Below, in pieces: positions 8,289-19,902 of a DNA stretch of 64,000 bases (position 1 is its first letter; each line of letters starts with the position of its first letter). Under the pieces are notes generated by a model. The model saw only the letters and a list, made by a program, of their open reading frames with translations. It searched no databases and was not told the origin of the DNA. This DNA is from a bacterium UBP14_UBA6098 (GTDB lineage Bacteria; UBP14; UBA6098): NCBI GenBank assembly GCA_002428525.1, contig DIWU01000032.1, positions 1,269-65,268 of the forward strand, read 5' to 3'. Made by a program: the position numbers and the translations under genes.

Positions 8289-10502
8289 TTATTCGGATGG
8301 TTTTAGGGCGAATTTATTGCCCTGTTCGAAGGAAAGGCGTATTCGCGAGTCGAGGGCGGTGCACCTATGGCTCGATTCTGATCGACCGATGGCGATAGAC
8401 AATGCCGAGGGCTGGCCGACTAATACACAAAGGCGTTTTGCGCGGGTGATCGCGGTATATAAAAGATTTCTATTTAAAAGGATGAAATGCTCTTTGTAAA
8501 CCGGCATCACAACGCAGGGGACCTCTCCCCCTTGCGACTTATGGGCGGTGATCGCATAGGCCAAAACGATATCCTCGGCCGAGTCGCGGTCATATGTCAC
8601 AAGGCGATTGAAATCGACTGTTAAAGAATCCTTTGTGATGGATTCTACGAAACCTATATCGCCGTTGAAAACATTAAGGTCGTAATTATTGCGGGTTTGC
8701 ATCACTTTGTCGCCCTGAAAAAACCTTGAATCGGATCGCTTATCGGCGAAATTTAGCTCTCGGCGTAGCGATTCGTTGAGGGCGTTGGCTCCGCAGATGC
8801 CCTTATACATTGGGACAATGACCTGAATATCGCGTATCGGGTCCAGACCGTATGTTTTCGGCAACCGCCTCGACACTAAGTCAACTATCGTTTTCAGGCC
8901 TGCTTCTCGGTCTTCTTCATGGATGAAAAAGAAGTCGCCGGAGGGGTCGTTGCGAAGATCGGGCATTCTGCCATTGATAATATTGTAAGATTCATGTATA
9001 ATTCTGCTTTTCTCGGCTTGTCGGTGTATCGATTCGAGCCTGACAACCGGAACTTTACCGCTCGAGATGATATCCGACAGAACCTGTCCCGGACCGACAC
9101 TCGGGAGCTGATCGGCGTCGCCGACGACGATAACGCGCGTTCCGGGCTTCAAGGCCGTAAGTAACGAAGAAAGAAGCTCGATATCGACCATGCTCGCTTC
9201 GTCGAGGATCAGCATTCCGGTGTCGAGTGTTCGGCCTTGGCCGTATTTGAATCCTTGTCCGGGCGTCCATTCTAAAAGCCTGTGAATCGTGAAAGCCTCG
9301 TGGTCGGTGGTCTGCGAAAGCCTATTCGCGGCCCTTCCGGTCGGGGCGCATAGTAGCGGCTGAAAAGAGGCTTTTCGCGCCAACGAGACTATTGCTTCGA
9401 TAACAGTAGTTTTGCCGGTTCCGGGGCCGCCGGTTATCACTGAAACACAATTTTCGCATAAACCCGACTCCACCGCGGCCCTTTGCTCTCGTGTAAAGAC
9501 AATCCCCCTTTCGCGTTCGAAGGCCTCAAGGCGCTTTTCCACTTCCTCCCTCGGCAACGACCTCGACGGGTTGCGCGCCAATAATGCGAGGGCTTCGGCG
9601 GATTGGATCTCTGCACGATAAAGCGATGGCGGATAGACCCTGTCCTGATCGGCGATCAGCTTTCCCGAAAGCGCTAACACCTCTATAGATTTAGCGATCG
9701 GGGCGCGGTCGAGGCCGAGCAAGCTCGATGCGTTGTCGGCGAGCGCATAACTCGGAACAAAGCAATGGCCGTCCTCGGTGGCTTTTTTTAGGGTATATAG
9801 AACACCGGCGCGGATTCTCGAGGGCGAGTCCTTCGGCGTGTTCATCTTCTTCGCGATTTTATCGGCGATCTGAAAGCCGATTCCCTCCATCTCGTCCGCG
9901 AGCCTGAAGGGATCGCGCGAAAGGATATCGAGCGCCGCGCCCTTATATTTGCTGTAAATCTTTCGAACCTTTGCCGGGCCTATGCCCTCACCGAGCAGTC
10001 TTATCGAAAGCTCGCGAATGATCTGCGCCTCTCGGTCCTCCGCGGTAATCGCCTTACATATAGATTCGGCCTTTTTCTTGCCGATTCCCTCGACCTCGAG
10101 AAGCCTCTCCGGATGTTCGCGAATTATCTCGAGGAGGTTTTCGCCGAAATGGGACACCAATCTCGCGGCAAACTTCGGCCCTATCCCCTCGATCAGGTCG
10201 CTTGCGAGGTATTTTTTCAAGGACTCCAGACTATCCGGCTCGGCAACCGTGAAACTATCGACAACAAACCTGAAGCCCCAACCCTCCTTCATTTCCCATT
10301 TGCCCGAAAGCAAGAGCCGTTCGCCCGGAGTTCTTCTGCCGAGCGAACCGACAGCATCCAAAACTCCGCCTTTGCCGGTCTTCAGCTTGATCACGGAATA
10401 ACCGTTCTCTTCGTTGTAGTAAACAACACGCTCGACCGACCCGGATATCTTTTCAGCCCCGGTTTTCCCGCCATCGTTTTTCATGATTGAAAAATACTGC
10501 AT
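8289..10502 (-). CDS. recD2: RecD2-type ATP-dependent DNA helicase (SF1B, RecD-like)
   Basis: It has an N-terminal OB/SH3-like region, HhH motifs, Walker A GGPGTGKTT and a C-terminal UvrD-like part. The start was placed at MQYF (10502), so the tool ORF is over-extended. Confidence 0.85.
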   Translation of the reverse strand: MQYFSIMKNDGGKTGAEKISGSVERVVYYNEENGYSVIKLKTGKGGVLDAVGSLGRRTPGERLLLSGKWEMKEGWGFRFVVDSFTVAEPDSLESLKKYLASDLIEGIGPKFAARLVSHFGENLLEIIREHPERLLEVEGIGKKKAESICKAITAEDREAQIIRELSIRLLGEGIGPAKVRKIYSKYKGAALDILSRDPFRLADEMEGIGFQIADKIAKKMNTPKDSPSRIRAGVLYTLKKATEDGHCFVPSYALADNASSLLGLDRAPIAKSIEVLALSGKLIADQDRVYPPSLYRAEIQSAEALALLARNPSRSLPREEVEKRLEAFERERGIVFTREQRAAVESGLCENCVSVITGGPGTGKTTVIEAIVSLARKASFQPLLCAPTGRAANRLSQTTDHEAFTIHRLLEWTPGQGFKYGQGRTLDTGMLILDEASMVDIELLSSLLTALKPGTRVIVVGDADQLPSVGPGQVLSDIISSGKVPVVRLESIHRQAEKSRIIHESYNIINGRMPDLRNDPSGDFFFIHEEDREAGLKTIVDLVSRRLPKTYGLDPIRDIQVIVPMYKGICGANALNESLRRELNFADKRSDSRFFQGDKVMQTRNNYDLNVFNGDIGFVESITKDSLTVDFNRLVTYDRDSAEDIVLAYAITAHKSQGGEVPCVVMPVYKEHFILLNRNLLYTAITRAKRLCVLVGQPSALSIAIGRSESSHRCTALDSRIRLSFEQGNKFALKPSE

Positions 10503-10604
10503 ACCGAGCTCTATGTCAAAGCATTTCGATGAACACTCACCGACGGTGCCTCGGGAGATTCTGTTTGAGTTAAGTGAAATAAATCTTTTTAGGGCATATT
10601 GTCT

Positions 10605-10633
10605 TTGACAAATTCGTATTCGAGAGTTATATT
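10605..10633 (+). promoter_or_regulatory. consensus sigma70 promoter TTGACA-17-TATATT for gyrA
   Basis: TTGACA is at 10605-10610, a 17-nt spacer follows, and TATATT is at 10628-10633. A GGAAGG Shine-Dalgarno site and ATG at 10697 follow. Confidence 0.65.
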
Positions 10634-10696
10634 TATTAGATTTTTTCAATCTGAGTTCTGCGAGGTTTTTACCCCGAAATAAATCGGAAGGTCACA

Positions 10697-13174
10697 ATGG
10701 ACGAGAATTATATTGGCGACGTAATGCCGGTCGATATCGAAGATGAGATGCGTAGAAGCTACATCGATTATGCGATGAGCACAATCATCAGCCGCGCCCT
10801 GCCGGATGTCACCGACGGACTGAAACCGGTGCACCGCAGGTGCCTTTATGCCATGTTCGACATGGGAATCCTGCACAACCGCTCCCATGTCAAATCCGCA
10901 AGGCTTGTCGGCGAGGTCATGGGTAAATACCACCCGCATTCGGACTCCGCTATCTACGACACCGTTGTCAGGCTGGCACAGGATTTCCGAATGAGATACC
11001 CGCTCGTCGATGGGCAGGGCAATTTCGGCTCGATCGACGGCGACCCCGCGGCCGCCACGCGATATACCGAGGTTCGCATGGCGAGGATCGCAGAGGAGCT
11101 TCTTCAAGATATCGACAAAGAGACGGTCGATTTCGTCCCAAACTACGACAACTCGCTTACAGAGCCCATGCTCCTTCCCGCGAGATTCCCTAACTTCCTC
11201 GTTAACGGCAGTTCCGGCATCGCGGTAGGCATGGCCACCAATGTTCCGCCTCACAACCTTGTCGAGGTATGCGATGCTGTAATCCATCTCGTCGATCATC
11301 CGGACGCCACGATCAAAGACCTCATGCAATTCGTCCTCGGGCCGGATTTCCCGACCGGCGGAGTTATACTCGGGACCAGAGGGATCAGGGAGGCCTACGA
11401 AACAGGCAGAGGCTCTATAGTCATGCGAGCGCGAGCCTTCATCGAGCCGGTTCACAAGGGCACCAAAGAGGCGATTATCGTCAACGAGATCCCCTATATG
11501 GTCAATAAATCGACACTCATCGAGCAGATCGCAGATCTTGTCAAGGATAAAAAAATCGAATCGATCTCGGATATTCGCGACGAATCCGACCGCGAGGGAA
11601 TGCGTATCTATATCGAACTCAAACGCGGCGAGAATGCGCAAGTCGTTCTCAATAAACTCTTTAAGATGACACGCCTCACCGAGAACTTCGGTGTCATTAT
11701 GCTCGCTATCGACAAAGGCGTGCCGAAAGAAATGAACCTAAAAGAGGTGCTTAAGGCCTATGTCGAGCATCGCCGACAGGTTATCATAAGAAGAACGATC
11801 TTCGATCTGCGCAAAGCGAAAGAACGCGCTCATATATTGAAGGGGCTCGCTATCGCCCTTCAAAATATCGATTTGGTTGTCAAGATAATAAAAGAGTCCA
11901 GAACCGTCGGAGAAGCCTCCGAAACGCTACAGGCTAAGCTCGGCCTATCGGAGATTCAGGCCAAGGCCATCCTCGATATGCGGCTCGCGCGCCTCACCGG
12001 CCTCGAGCGCGACAAGATTATCTCCGAGCTCGAGGATATTTTGAAGCTCATCGAGTATTTGCAGGGCATCCTCGACGACGAGACCAAGGTCATGGACTTG
12101 ATCAAAGCGGATATGGCCGACATCAAAGAAAAATTCGGCGACAAGCGCCGGACCCAGATCGTTCCGAACTTCGAGGAGATGTCCGCCGAGGATTTCATCG
12201 TCGATGAGGAGGTCGTCGTCAGTGTGACGCACCGGGGTTATATCAAACGCACCCCGACGAGTATCTATCGCCAACAACACCGCGGCGGAAAGGGCATTCA
12301 GGCAATGGGCACCCGCGACGAGGATTTCGTCGAAAAGCTCTTCACCGCAACAAACCACGACACTATACTTCTCTTCAGCTCGAGCGGAAAGGCTTATTCG
12401 CTCAAGGTTTACGAGATCCCCGAGGCCTCGAGGACAGCCCGCGGCATGGCGATCGTCAATCTGATCGGCCTCGCCGGCGGCGACAGCATCGCGAGCTGTT
12501 GCAAAATTCGGGACTATGAGGAAGAAAAGGATATTATCTTCGCGACTGCAAAGGGCAAGGTTAAACGGACATGCCTGTCCGAATATGTCAACGCCAAGAA
12601 AACCGGCGTCATCGCGATAAATGTCAACGACGGCGACCGCCTTATCTCGGCGGAGCTGGTCGATGAGCCGGATCGCGAGATTCTGCTCTTCACCCGCGAG
12701 GGTATGTGTATTCGCTTCAATGTCGAAGAAGTCCGCCAGATGGGCCGTTCCGCTCAGGGGGTCATCGGAATCGGTCTTCGAGATAAGGACGAGCTTGTCG
12801 CGATGATCGCCCTCACGCCCGAGGGCAAGATCCTCACCGCGACCGAGAAGGGCTATAGCAAACGTAGCAATCTCGAGGAATACCGCCAACAACACCGCGG
12901 CGGTGTCGGCATTATAGGCCATAAGATCACTCCGAAAACCGGCGGGGTCGTTGCGGCACTTCAGGTAAACGAGGACGAGGAGATTATCGTCATCACCTCC
13001 GAGGGAGTCCTGCTACGCACCACTGTCTCGAGCATCAGCGAATACGGCCGATCGACGCAGGGCGTCAAGCTCATGCGCGTGCCGGCCGGACACGCAATCT
13101 CGGGGGTTGCCAGAGTGATGGACAACGACGAGGAACCGGCCGATGAGACCGATCAAACCGAGTTGGATGTTTAA
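10697..13174 (+). CDS. gyrA: DNA gyrase subunit A
   Basis: SYIDYAMS...[16 protein letters not shown] and the active-site Tyr region are present, with C-terminal beta-pinwheel repeats. The protein is 825 aa. Confidence 0.95.
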   Translation: MDENYIGDVMPVDIEDEMRRSYIDYAMSTIISRALPDVTDGLKPVHRRCLYAMFDMGILHNRSHVKSARLVGEVMGKYHPHSDSAIYDTVVRLAQDFRMRYPLVDGQGNFGSIDGDPAAATRYTEVRMARIAEELLQDIDKETVDFVPNYDNSLTEPMLLPARFPNFLVNGSSGIAVGMATNVPPHNLVEVCDAVIHLVDHPDATIKDLMQFVLGPDFPTGGVILGTRGIREAYETGRGSIVMRARAFIEPVHKGTKEAIIVNEIPYMVNKSTLIEQIADLVKDKKIESISDIRDESDREGMRIYIELKRGENAQVVLNKLFKMTRLTENFGVIMLAIDKGVPKEMNLKEVLKAYVEHRRQVIIRRTIFDLRKAKERAHILKGLAIALQNIDLVVKIIKESRTVGEASETLQAKLGLSEIQAKAILDMRLARLTGLERDKIISELEDILKLIEYLQGILDDETKVMDLIKADMADIKEKFGDKRRTQIVPNFEEMSAEDFIVDEEVVVSVTHRGYIKRTPTSIYRQQHRGGKGIQAMGTRDEDFVEKLFTATNHDTILLFSSSGKAYSLKVYEIPEASRTARGMAIVNLIGLAGGDSIASCCKIRDYEEEKDIIFATAKGKVKRTCLSEYVNAKKTGVIAINVNDGDRLISAELVDEPDREILLFTREGMCIRFNVEEVRQMGRSAQGVIGIGLRDKDELVAMIALTPEGKILTATEKGYSKRSNLEEYRQQHRGGVGIIGHKITPKTGGVVAALQVNEDEEIIVITSEGVLLRTTVSSISEYGRSTQGVKLMRVPAGHAISGVARVMDNDEEPADETDQTELDV

Positions 13175-13935
13175 AGGGTGAAATCCCTTACGATGAATTG
13201 ATCCCCAACCTGAACGACGGTTTTGCCGAAATCGCCTGAAAAGGCCTCCTTGGCCTCTTCGAGGACAATCTTTGGAAGATTGTTCGCGCGCGAAAGATGG
13301 CTGAGAAGAAGCGCTTCGAGGTTGCATCGGTTCATCTCACGAAGGAGCGCTCCCGAGGTCTTGTTGGAAAGGTGACCCACCTCGCTGGCTATCCTCGCTT
13401 TCAGATATTCCGGATAAGGCCCGTATTTAAGCATATGCTCGTCGTGGTTCGACTCGAGCACCAGCACTCTCGCTCCATCTACAACCTGTCTGATCTCGTC
13501 GGTTACCTTGCCGGTATCTGTCGCGAGGACAATATCCCCCTCGTCCGAGAAGATTCGAAAGCCCACCGGATCGACCGCGTCGTGCGATACCGGGAATGGC
13601 AGTATCTTCAGGTTGCCCTTCTCAAACGGCCTCCCGGAGTGAAAGAAACTGACCTCTTCGACCTGCCGGTGTTTGGAAACCTCGGTATAGGTTCTGAAGC
13701 TCATGAATGCGGGAATACCTAAACGCTTAGTCAGAGTATAGGCTCCTCCGATATGATCGGAGTGTTCGTGGGTAATCAGCAGGGCATCGATTTTCTTTGT
13801 ATCGACACCGTTCTCCGCAAGCCGCTCGATAGCCGAGCGGGCGGAAATGCCGCAATCCACGAGGATGTTTGTGTTCGCGGCGGATACAAAGTAACAGTTT
13901 CCCGAAGATCCGCTCGCCAGGGAGAGAACACGCAT
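13171..13935 (-). CDS. MBL-fold metallo-hydrolase (YycJ/WalJ-like)
   Basis: The HEHSDH metal-binding motif is present. The start was set to the ATG preceded by AAAGGA. The gene overlaps the gyrA stop by 4 nt (convergent). Confidence 0.75.
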   Translation of the reverse strand: MRVLSLASGSSGNCYFVSAANTNILVDCGISARSAIERLAENGVDTKKIDALLITHEHSDHIGGAYTLTKRLGIPAFMSFRTYTEVSKHRQVEEVSFFHSGRPFEKGNLKILPFPVSHDAVDPVGFRIFSDEGDIVLATDTGKVTDEIRQVVDGARVLVLESNHDEHMLKYGPYPEYLKARIASEVGHLSNKTSGALLREMNRCNLEALLLSHLSRANNLPKIVLEEAKEAFSGDFGKTVVQVGDQFIVRDFTL

Positions 13936-14098
13936 CTCGTCCTTTCGCGTCAAATTTTTACTTCAAAAATATAAAGACTTATTGGCGACTTTGCAAAGCC
14001 TTTCTGAGGAAAATACGCCGGGGATACCCTGCGATTCGATTTGCATATTCGGGAAAAAGTATATATATTTGATAGATTTTAACTTGAAGGAGCGGACG

Positions 14099-14506
14099 AT
14101 GGCCTTTTATAACGACGGCCTGAGATTTACTTGCCAAAGATGCGGCGACTGTTGCAAGGGCGCCGACGCCTATGTTTGGCTTTATTCCGACGACCTCTCG
14201 AATATGGCGGCCTATCTCGGCATTACCGAACGCGAATTCCGCGCCGAATATACCTCGGTATTCGATAAAGCGCTTGTCCTGAAGAGCTTTCCGAACGGCG
14301 ATTGCATCTTCTTTGACGAGAAAAAGGGTTGCCGCGTTCATCCCGCCCGACCGACTCAATGCCGAACATTCCCTTTTTGGGCGGAGTATCTTCGCAACGA
14401 GAATTCGTGGGCGTTAGTCGCAAAGCGATGCCCGGGGGTCAATATCGGAGAGCTCCACTCGAAGGAGGAGATTATGCATAACCTCAAAGAAATGGGCGGT
14501 TTTTAG
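14099..14506 (+). CDS. YkgJ-family cysteine-cluster protein (UPF0153, putative Fe-S/zinc)
   Basis: CQRCGDCC...C motifs are present. The start is ATG 14099 after GGAGCGGACG. The upstream part of the tool ORF was rejected. Confidence 0.7.
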   Translation: MAFYNDGLRFTCQRCGDCCKGADAYVWLYSDDLSNMAAYLGITEREFRAEYTSVFDKALVLKSFPNGDCIFFDEKKGCRVHPARPTQCRTFPFWAEYLRNENSWALVAKRCPGVNIGELHSKEEIMHNLKEMGGF

Positions 14507-15276
14507 TGGATTGCTACGAAGTGCGTCGCGAAATAATCGGCTTCATCCGCTCCTATTTAGCCGAAACTCCCTGTAAAGGCGTTGTTATAGGCCTTTCGGG
14601 GGGGCTCGATTCTGCGGTCGTCGCGGCGCTTTGTATCGAGGCCGCCGGCGCGGAGGCGGTCGATCTCGTGGCAATGCCCTATCGTTCGAGCGACGGCTCG
14701 AGCCTCGAGGATGCGCGCAGGATCGCTCGTCATCTCGACCGACCGCTCGAGGTGATCGATATATCCCCCCCGGTCGATTCGCTCGCAGAAACGCTCGGGA
14801 GTTTGACTAACCTTCGATTAGGCAATATGTTAGCTCGAATGAGGATGATAATCCTCTATGACCTCTCAGCCTCCCGCGGAAGGCTTGTTGTAGGGACTGG
14901 CAACCTTAGCGAGGCTTTGCTCGGATATTCGACCCTCTGGGGCGATACGGCCTGCGCATTCACTCCAATTGGCGGGCTTTACAAAACACAAGAGCGCAAA
15001 CTCGCGTCTGTGCTTGGCCTTCCGCAATGGATAATCGAGAAAACCCCGACAGCCGACCTCTGGAAAGGCCAAACCGACGAAGGCGAGATGGGCATTTCAT
15101 ACGAAACTGCGGACAAAATCCTATTCAATATCAACGAGCGGGGTCTTTCGCCCGAAGAGCTCGAGTCCCTCGGCATCTCGGCCAAAGATATAAAAATCGT
15201 GCTCGAAAGAGTGAAAAGAAGCGAATTTAAAAGGAGAATGCCGGTTTACCCGACTTTTGAGGGTCTGCCGCTTTAA
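14506..15276 (+). CDS. nadE: NH3-dependent NAD+ synthetase
   Basis: The PP-loop SGGLDSAVVAAL is present. It has a GTG start that overlaps the previous stop by 1 nt. Confidence 0.85.
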   Translation: MDCYEVRREIIGFIRSYLAETPCKGVVIGLSGGLDSAVVAALCIEAAGAEAVDLVAMPYRSSDGSSLEDARRIARHLDRPLEVIDISPPVDSLAETLGSLTNLRLGNMLARMRMIILYDLSASRGRLVVGTGNLSEALLGYSTLWGDTACAFTPIGGLYKTQERKLASVLGLPQWIIEKTPTADLWKGQTDEGEMGISYETADKILFNINERGLSPEELESLGISAKDIKIVLERVKRSEFKRRMPVYPTFEGLPL

Positions 15277-15281
15277 GTAAT

Positions 15282-16238
15282 ATGAGTGTAAAAGTAATAT
15301 CTGAGCTTCTTCAGGCCGAATCGGCCGCAATCGCAAACCTCGTCGGAAAAATCGAGGGGCAGATAGTAAGCGCCGCAGACCTCTGCAGTTCATGCTCCGG
15401 TCGCATAATCGTAATGGGCCTCGGCAAAAGCGGCCTCGTCGGCCGCAAGATCGCCTCAACTCTGGCCTCGACTGGAACATCGAGTGTCTTTATCCACGCC
15501 GCTGAGGCGCTCCACGGCGATTTGGGCATGATAACCGATCGCGACTGCGCAATACTTATATCGAAAAGCGGTTGCACGCCCGAAACACTGATGCTGATCC
15601 CGCCGTTAAAGCGTTTGGGCGTGAAAATAATTGTCATCACCGGGAATCCGGCCTCGCCGGCGGCCAAAGAGGCCGATGTAGTCCTCGATATAGGCGTTTC
15701 AACCGAGGCCGAACCGATAGGCGTCGTCCCGACGACCTCGACTACTGTGACTATGGCCATCGGCGATGCGCTCGCTATCGCGCTTATGACGCGAAAGGGT
15801 TTCTCGAAGTCCGATTTCGCCCAGATACATCCGGCCGGCAACCTCGGAAGCCTTTTGAAGCGAGTCTCAGAGGTGATGCACACTGGGAATGCAATTCCAC
15901 AGGTGCCGCCATCGGCCTCGACCATGGAGGGGATATTAGAAATGAGCGAAAAGCGCCTCGGGCATGTTTTAGTGGTCAAAGAAGGGAAACTGCTCGGGAT
16001 CTTCTCCGACGGCGACCTGCGAAGAGCGCTTCAAGCGCATCCTAACGAGGACATCACCTCGCTTTCGATAACCGCCCTCGCCACAGCCGGACCTAAAACA
16101 ATCGACGCCGGTGCTCTCGTCGAGGAGGCGGTCCGGACAATGGAGACGAAGAAGATCACAGCATTGCCCGTGCTTTCGGACGGTCTTCTCGTCGGAATAG
16201 TGCATCTTCATGATATTTTATCTGCGAGGGCCGTTTAG
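15282..16238 (+). CDS. kdsD: KpsF/GutQ-family arabinose-5-phosphate isomerase (SIS + tandem CBS)
   Basis: The SIS domain (GLGKSGLVGRKIASTLASTG) is followed by two CBS domains. Confidence 0.85.
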   Translation: MSVKVISELLQAESAAIANLVGKIEGQIVSAADLCSSCSGRIIVMGLGKSGLVGRKIASTLASTGTSSVFIHAAEALHGDLGMITDRDCAILISKSGCTPETLMLIPPLKRLGVKIIVITGNPASPAAKEADVVLDIGVSTEAEPIGVVPTTSTTVTMAIGDALAIALMTRKGFSKSDFAQIHPAGNLGSLLKRVSEVMHTGNAIPQVPPSASTMEGILEMSEKRLGHVLVVKEGKLLGIFSDGDLRRALQAHPNEDITSLSITALATAGPKTIDAGALVEEAVRTMETKKITALPVLSDGLLVGIVHLHDILSARAV

Positions 16239-16241
16239 GCG

Positions 16242-17690
16242 ATGTCCCTCAAGCGCGATCTGATACGCGATACGGCCCTTTACGGCCTCGGCGATATTCT
16301 CACAAAGGCTATCGCTTTCCTGCTTATACCCCTCTATACGAACTCCCTCGTGCCGGAGGAATACGGTATCTACCAGTTGGTCGTCCTGTATGTCACAGTC
16401 GCGATGGTTTTCTCTCTGAGCGGTATGAATGTCGCATTGTTCAAGCATTTTGTCGTCACACCGGAGGAGGGGAAGCGGCGAGAGCTTTTTACGATTACTG
16501 TTTTGTGGGTGTTTTTAAGCTCGGCGCTGATAATCGGTCTTTCGATGCTTCTTTCCGGGCCGCTTTCGGAGCTTGTGGCCGGCAATACCGGCCGAAGAGA
16601 TATCGTCGGGCTCGCGGCGCTCAGTTCCGGCCTCGACACGCTTTTACTCGTGCTCCTTTTGATCTTTCGCATGGAAAAACGCCCGATCGGCTATATAACC
16701 TTTTCCCTGATAAAGATTGTCGTTATTTTGGCCGGCAATTATTTTCTGGTTTGGAAGATGGGCATGGGCGTCGTCGGGATATTGATCGCGGGGATAATCG
16801 CGAATCTTGTTATCCTGATTCCGCTTTTGATCAAGGTCGGTAACTACTTCATCTGGCCGGTTTCGAGAAAGCTATTCATTGAGCTCCTTGTATGGGGAAT
16901 CCCGTTCATCCCTTCATCGCTGTCTTCGGTGATCTTGACGCTTTCCGACAGGCTCGTTCTTCGTTATATGGCGGGTTTCGACTCGGCGGGGATTTATTCG
17001 GTGGGCTATAAGATCGGCGGTGCGGTTTTACTTCTATATACAGCTTTCAGGTTCGCGTGGGGGCCGTATATGTTCGAGCTTGCGAAGGATATCGAAACCG
17101 CCCGAAAGACCTACCCGAGGGTTTTAAATGTGCTTATTGCACTGCTCGGGTTGGCGGCGCTCGGGCTGGTCGGCTTTTCGAGCGAGATCTTCCGGTTTTT
17201 CGTTGGAGAGCTTTATTATTCGGCGCGTGCGGTGCTGATCCCAATATCGCTGTCCGTTCTCTTCGACGCCTCCTCGCTGTTCTTCGGCGCGGCACTCCAG
17301 ACGCGCGATAGGACAATCTATATCCCCGTGGTCACCGGTCTTGCGGCTGTCTCGAATATCCTGCTGAATATACTGCTCATCCCGAAATACGGTTTCATGG
17401 GCGCGGCTTGGGCGACACTCGCTTCCTATATCGCCTTGGCCTATATGAACTTCCGTGTTGCGAACCCCTTCATGCCGGTGAAATACGATTGGCTTAAGCT
17501 GACCTCGATAGTCGCCTCGGTGTCCGGCGGGATGGCGCTTATGTGGTTCGTGGAATCCTTTGTTTTAAGGATAGTATTATTTATTGGAGTCAGTGTGATA
17601 GTTTTCTTTATCTCCTGTGAAAACCCTAAAAACTTTGTTAATAGTATTTACCGCTCGTCGAATATGTATCATCGGCGATGCTCTAAATAA
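16242..17690 (+). CDS. Wzx-like polysaccharide flippase (MOP/PST family), core-GC copy
   Basis: The protein is 482 aa with about 12-14 predicted TM helices and a typical PST-family N-terminus. Confidence 0.7.
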   Translation: MSLKRDLIRDTALYGLGDILTKAIAFLLIPLYTNSLVPEEYGIYQLVVLYVTVAMVFSLSGMNVALFKHFVVTPEEGKRRELFTITVLWVFLSSALIIGLSMLLSGPLSELVAGNTGRRDIVGLAALSSGLDTLLLVLLLIFRMEKRPIGYITFSLIKIVVILAGNYFLVWKMGMGVVGILIAGIIANLVILIPLLIKVGNYFIWPVSRKLFIELLVWGIPFIPSSLSSVILTLSDRLVLRYMAGFDSAGIYSVGYKIGGAVLLLYTAFRFAWGPYMFELAKDIETARKTYPRVLNVLIALLGLAALGLVGFSSEIFRFFVGELYYSARAVLIPISLSVLFDASSLFFGAALQTRDRTIYIPVVTGLAAVSNILLNILLIPKYGFMGAAWATLASYIALAYMNFRVANPFMPVKYDWLKLTSIVASVSGGMALMWFVESFVLRIVLFIGVSVIVFFISCENPKNFVNSIYRSSNMYHRRCSK

Positions 17691-17725
17691 CAATATTCAG
17701 ACTCAAATACAGCAGACTTGAACAA

Positions 17726-19222
17726 ATGATGAATGACAACAACTACATTCAACAAAATGGGCAATTATCCCGATCTGTAGTTTCTGGTGGTATATGGATT
17801 ACATTATCTAAGATATTACAACATAGTTTAAATTTCATTAGGACAATAACACTTGCTCGTTTGCTCTCTCCAGACAACTTCGGCCTTTTCGGCATAGCAA
17901 TGCTCGCGCTTACAGCAATAGATAAATTTTCTTTCACTGGTTTCGATCAAGCACTGATTCAGAAAAGAGAGAATATTGAGCCTTATCTCGATTCTGCATG
18001 GACTATTCAGGTTATTCGCGGTTTAATCTTAGGATTATTATTGTTTTGCACAGCACCTCTTGTCGCGAAATTCTTCCATGAACCGCAGGTTACATTACTA
18101 TTAAAAGTTCTGGGCTTTTCAATTTTCATTGGAGGTTTCAGAAACATAGGTATCGTGTTTTTCCATAAGAATATCCAGTTCAATAGAATGTTTATATATG
18201 AATTAAGTGGTACAATAACTGATTTTGGAGTCGCGCTAACTGCCGCCATTATATTGCGTAACGCATGGGCGCTAGTCTTTGGTTTCACGGCAAGGAATAT
18301 TGTCCAAACAATTGTTTCGTATGTCATCCATCAATATAAACCGCGCTTTAAAATTAATTGGAAGCATACAAAGGACCTCTTGAGTTTCGGCCAATGGATT
18401 TGGGGTAGCACGATACTGATATTTCTGCTAACTCAAGGAGACGATATTTTAGTTGGAAAGATACTTGGAACAACAGCGTTAGGGTTTTACCAAATGGGAT
18501 ATAAAATCTCGAACCTTCCAGCTACAGAGATTACTCATGCCCTTTCGCAAGTGATTTTCCCAGCCTATTCAAGACTGCAGGACAATATTCCAAAGCTTAG
18601 AGCCGCTTTCTTGAGAGTTTTCCAAATGATGACATTTATCACCTTTCCAATTGCGATACTGATATTCGTCCTCGCGCCAGATTTTACTATTGTTTTTCTC
18701 GGCGAAAAATGGATGCCTATGGTGCCGGTGATGAAAACACTATGCTATTTTGCTGTTATTAGGACGATTAATTCTGTGTTTTCAGCTGTGTTAACTGCAT
18801 TGGGCAAGCCGCGTATTTCAACGATAGGATCGTTTTTCCAATTGATATTATTCGTAATAATTGTGTATCCATTGATAATAAACTTCGGACTAGTTGGTGT
18901 AGCTTATGCCACTATTATCCCGAATGCTTTCTTCCTGATATATATCGGCATCAGGCTACTGAAAGAAATTGACACACAGTTTTCAAAGCTGTTGAGTGTT
19001 ATCCTTCCATCGATTGCGGGATGTCTATCAACTTATTTATCTGTAACCTTTGTGAATAATACGTTTTCTTTTAATGCCTCTGTGATCTCCATTATTTCAC
19101 TCGCTATTTTAGGGGGTGGAGTATATATTGTTGTTGTTTATTTGTCGGATATTCTAACAAAGGGAAGTCTTACTAATAGTGTTAAACAGATTCTTTTATA
19201 TAAACGAGCGGATTTATTATGA
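17726..19222 (+). CDS. Wzx-like polysaccharide flippase (MOP/PST family), low-GC copy
   Basis: The protein is 498 aa, multi-TM and AT-rich. Its stop overlaps the next start (ATGA). Confidence 0.7.
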   Translation: MMNDNNYIQQNGQLSRSVVSGGIWITLSKILQHSLNFIRTITLARLLSPDNFGLFGIAMLALTAIDKFSFTGFDQALIQKRENIEPYLDSAWTIQVIRGLILGLLLFCTAPLVAKFFHEPQVTLLLKVLGFSIFIGGFRNIGIVFFHKNIQFNRMFIYELSGTITDFGVALTAAIILRNAWALVFGFTARNIVQTIVSYVIHQYKPRFKINWKHTKDLLSFGQWIWGSTILIFLLTQGDDILVGKILGTTALGFYQMGYKISNLPATEITHALSQVIFPAYSRLQDNIPKLRAAFLRVFQMMTFITFPIAILIFVLAPDFTIVFLGEKWMPMVPVMKTLCYFAVIRTINSVFSAVLTALGKPRISTIGSFFQLILFVIIVYPLIINFGLVGVAYATIIPNAFFLIYIGIRLLKEIDTQFSKLLSVILPSIAGCLSTYLSVTFVNNTFSFNASVISIISLAILGGGVYIVVVYLSDILTKGSLTNSVKQILLYKRADLL

Positions 19223-19902
19223 GCGATGAACTAAATAAATTCAACGAAGCATATACCGGTAACAGGCCGGATGTCCAACAATTGATTCCCGATAATGTTC
19301 AGAGGGTTCTGGATTGTGGTTGTAGTGTAGGCGCTCTCGGGGAAGAGATCGCAAAAAGGCCTAATAAACCCGAGGTCTGCGGGATAGAATTAGACGAACA
19401 AACTGCACAAATCGCTAAGAGTAAGTTAGATCGTGTCATTATCGGAAATCTCGACACGATCGATTTCGCGGAACACTTCCAAAAGGGATACTTCGATTGT
19501 ATAATATTCTCCGATGTGCTCGAACATACACAAGACCCATGGGGTATTCTAAAGAATGCAATGCCTTTTCTAAACAACGATGGTTTCGTGATAATCAGTA
19601 TTCCAAATATTCGTCACTACACCACGATATGCAATCTAATCTTTCGCGATTATTGGCCATATAGAGAAAGAGGTCTTCACGATAAAACACACCTAAGGTT
19701 CTTCACGCTTAAAAGTATTAAAGAACTATGTGAAAATGCCGGCCTCCAAATCCAAAGATTGGAACGCAATTATCGGATCTACGAAAGGCCACATTATAGG
19801 AACAGGTTCGCGAAATACTTAGCCATCCCGTTCTTGCGCGGTTTTCTTGTTTTCCAGTATCTCATTGTCGCAAAAAAAAGAGGGCCGCATGGCGGGGAAT
19901 AG
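19219..19902 (+). CDS. class I SAM-dependent methyltransferase
   Basis: Motif I is VLDCGCSVG and motif II is DCIIFSDVLEH. Confidence 0.75.
   Translation: MSDELNKFNEAYTGNRPDVQQLIPDNVQRVLDCGCSVGALGEEIAKRPNKPEVCGIELDEQTAQIAKSKLDRVIIGNLDTIDFAEHFQKGYFDCIIFSDVLEHTQDPWGILKNAMPFLNNDGFVIISIPNIRHYTTICNLIFRDYWPYRERGLHDKTHLRFFTLKSIKELCENAGLQIQRLERNYRIYERPHYRNRFAKYLAIPFLRGFLVFQYLIVAKKRGPHGGE

Noticed and set aside
10503-10649. N-terminal extension of recD2 to 786 aa
   Set aside because: The upstream 49 codons lack similarity to RecD2 N-termini. The conserved region begins near MQYFSIMKNDGG, and the extension would run through the gyrA promoter.
11945-12922. 325-aa minus-strand ORF inside gyrA (and the ORF at 10646..11641)
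   Set aside because: It is antisense to GyrA, and there is no independent evidence.
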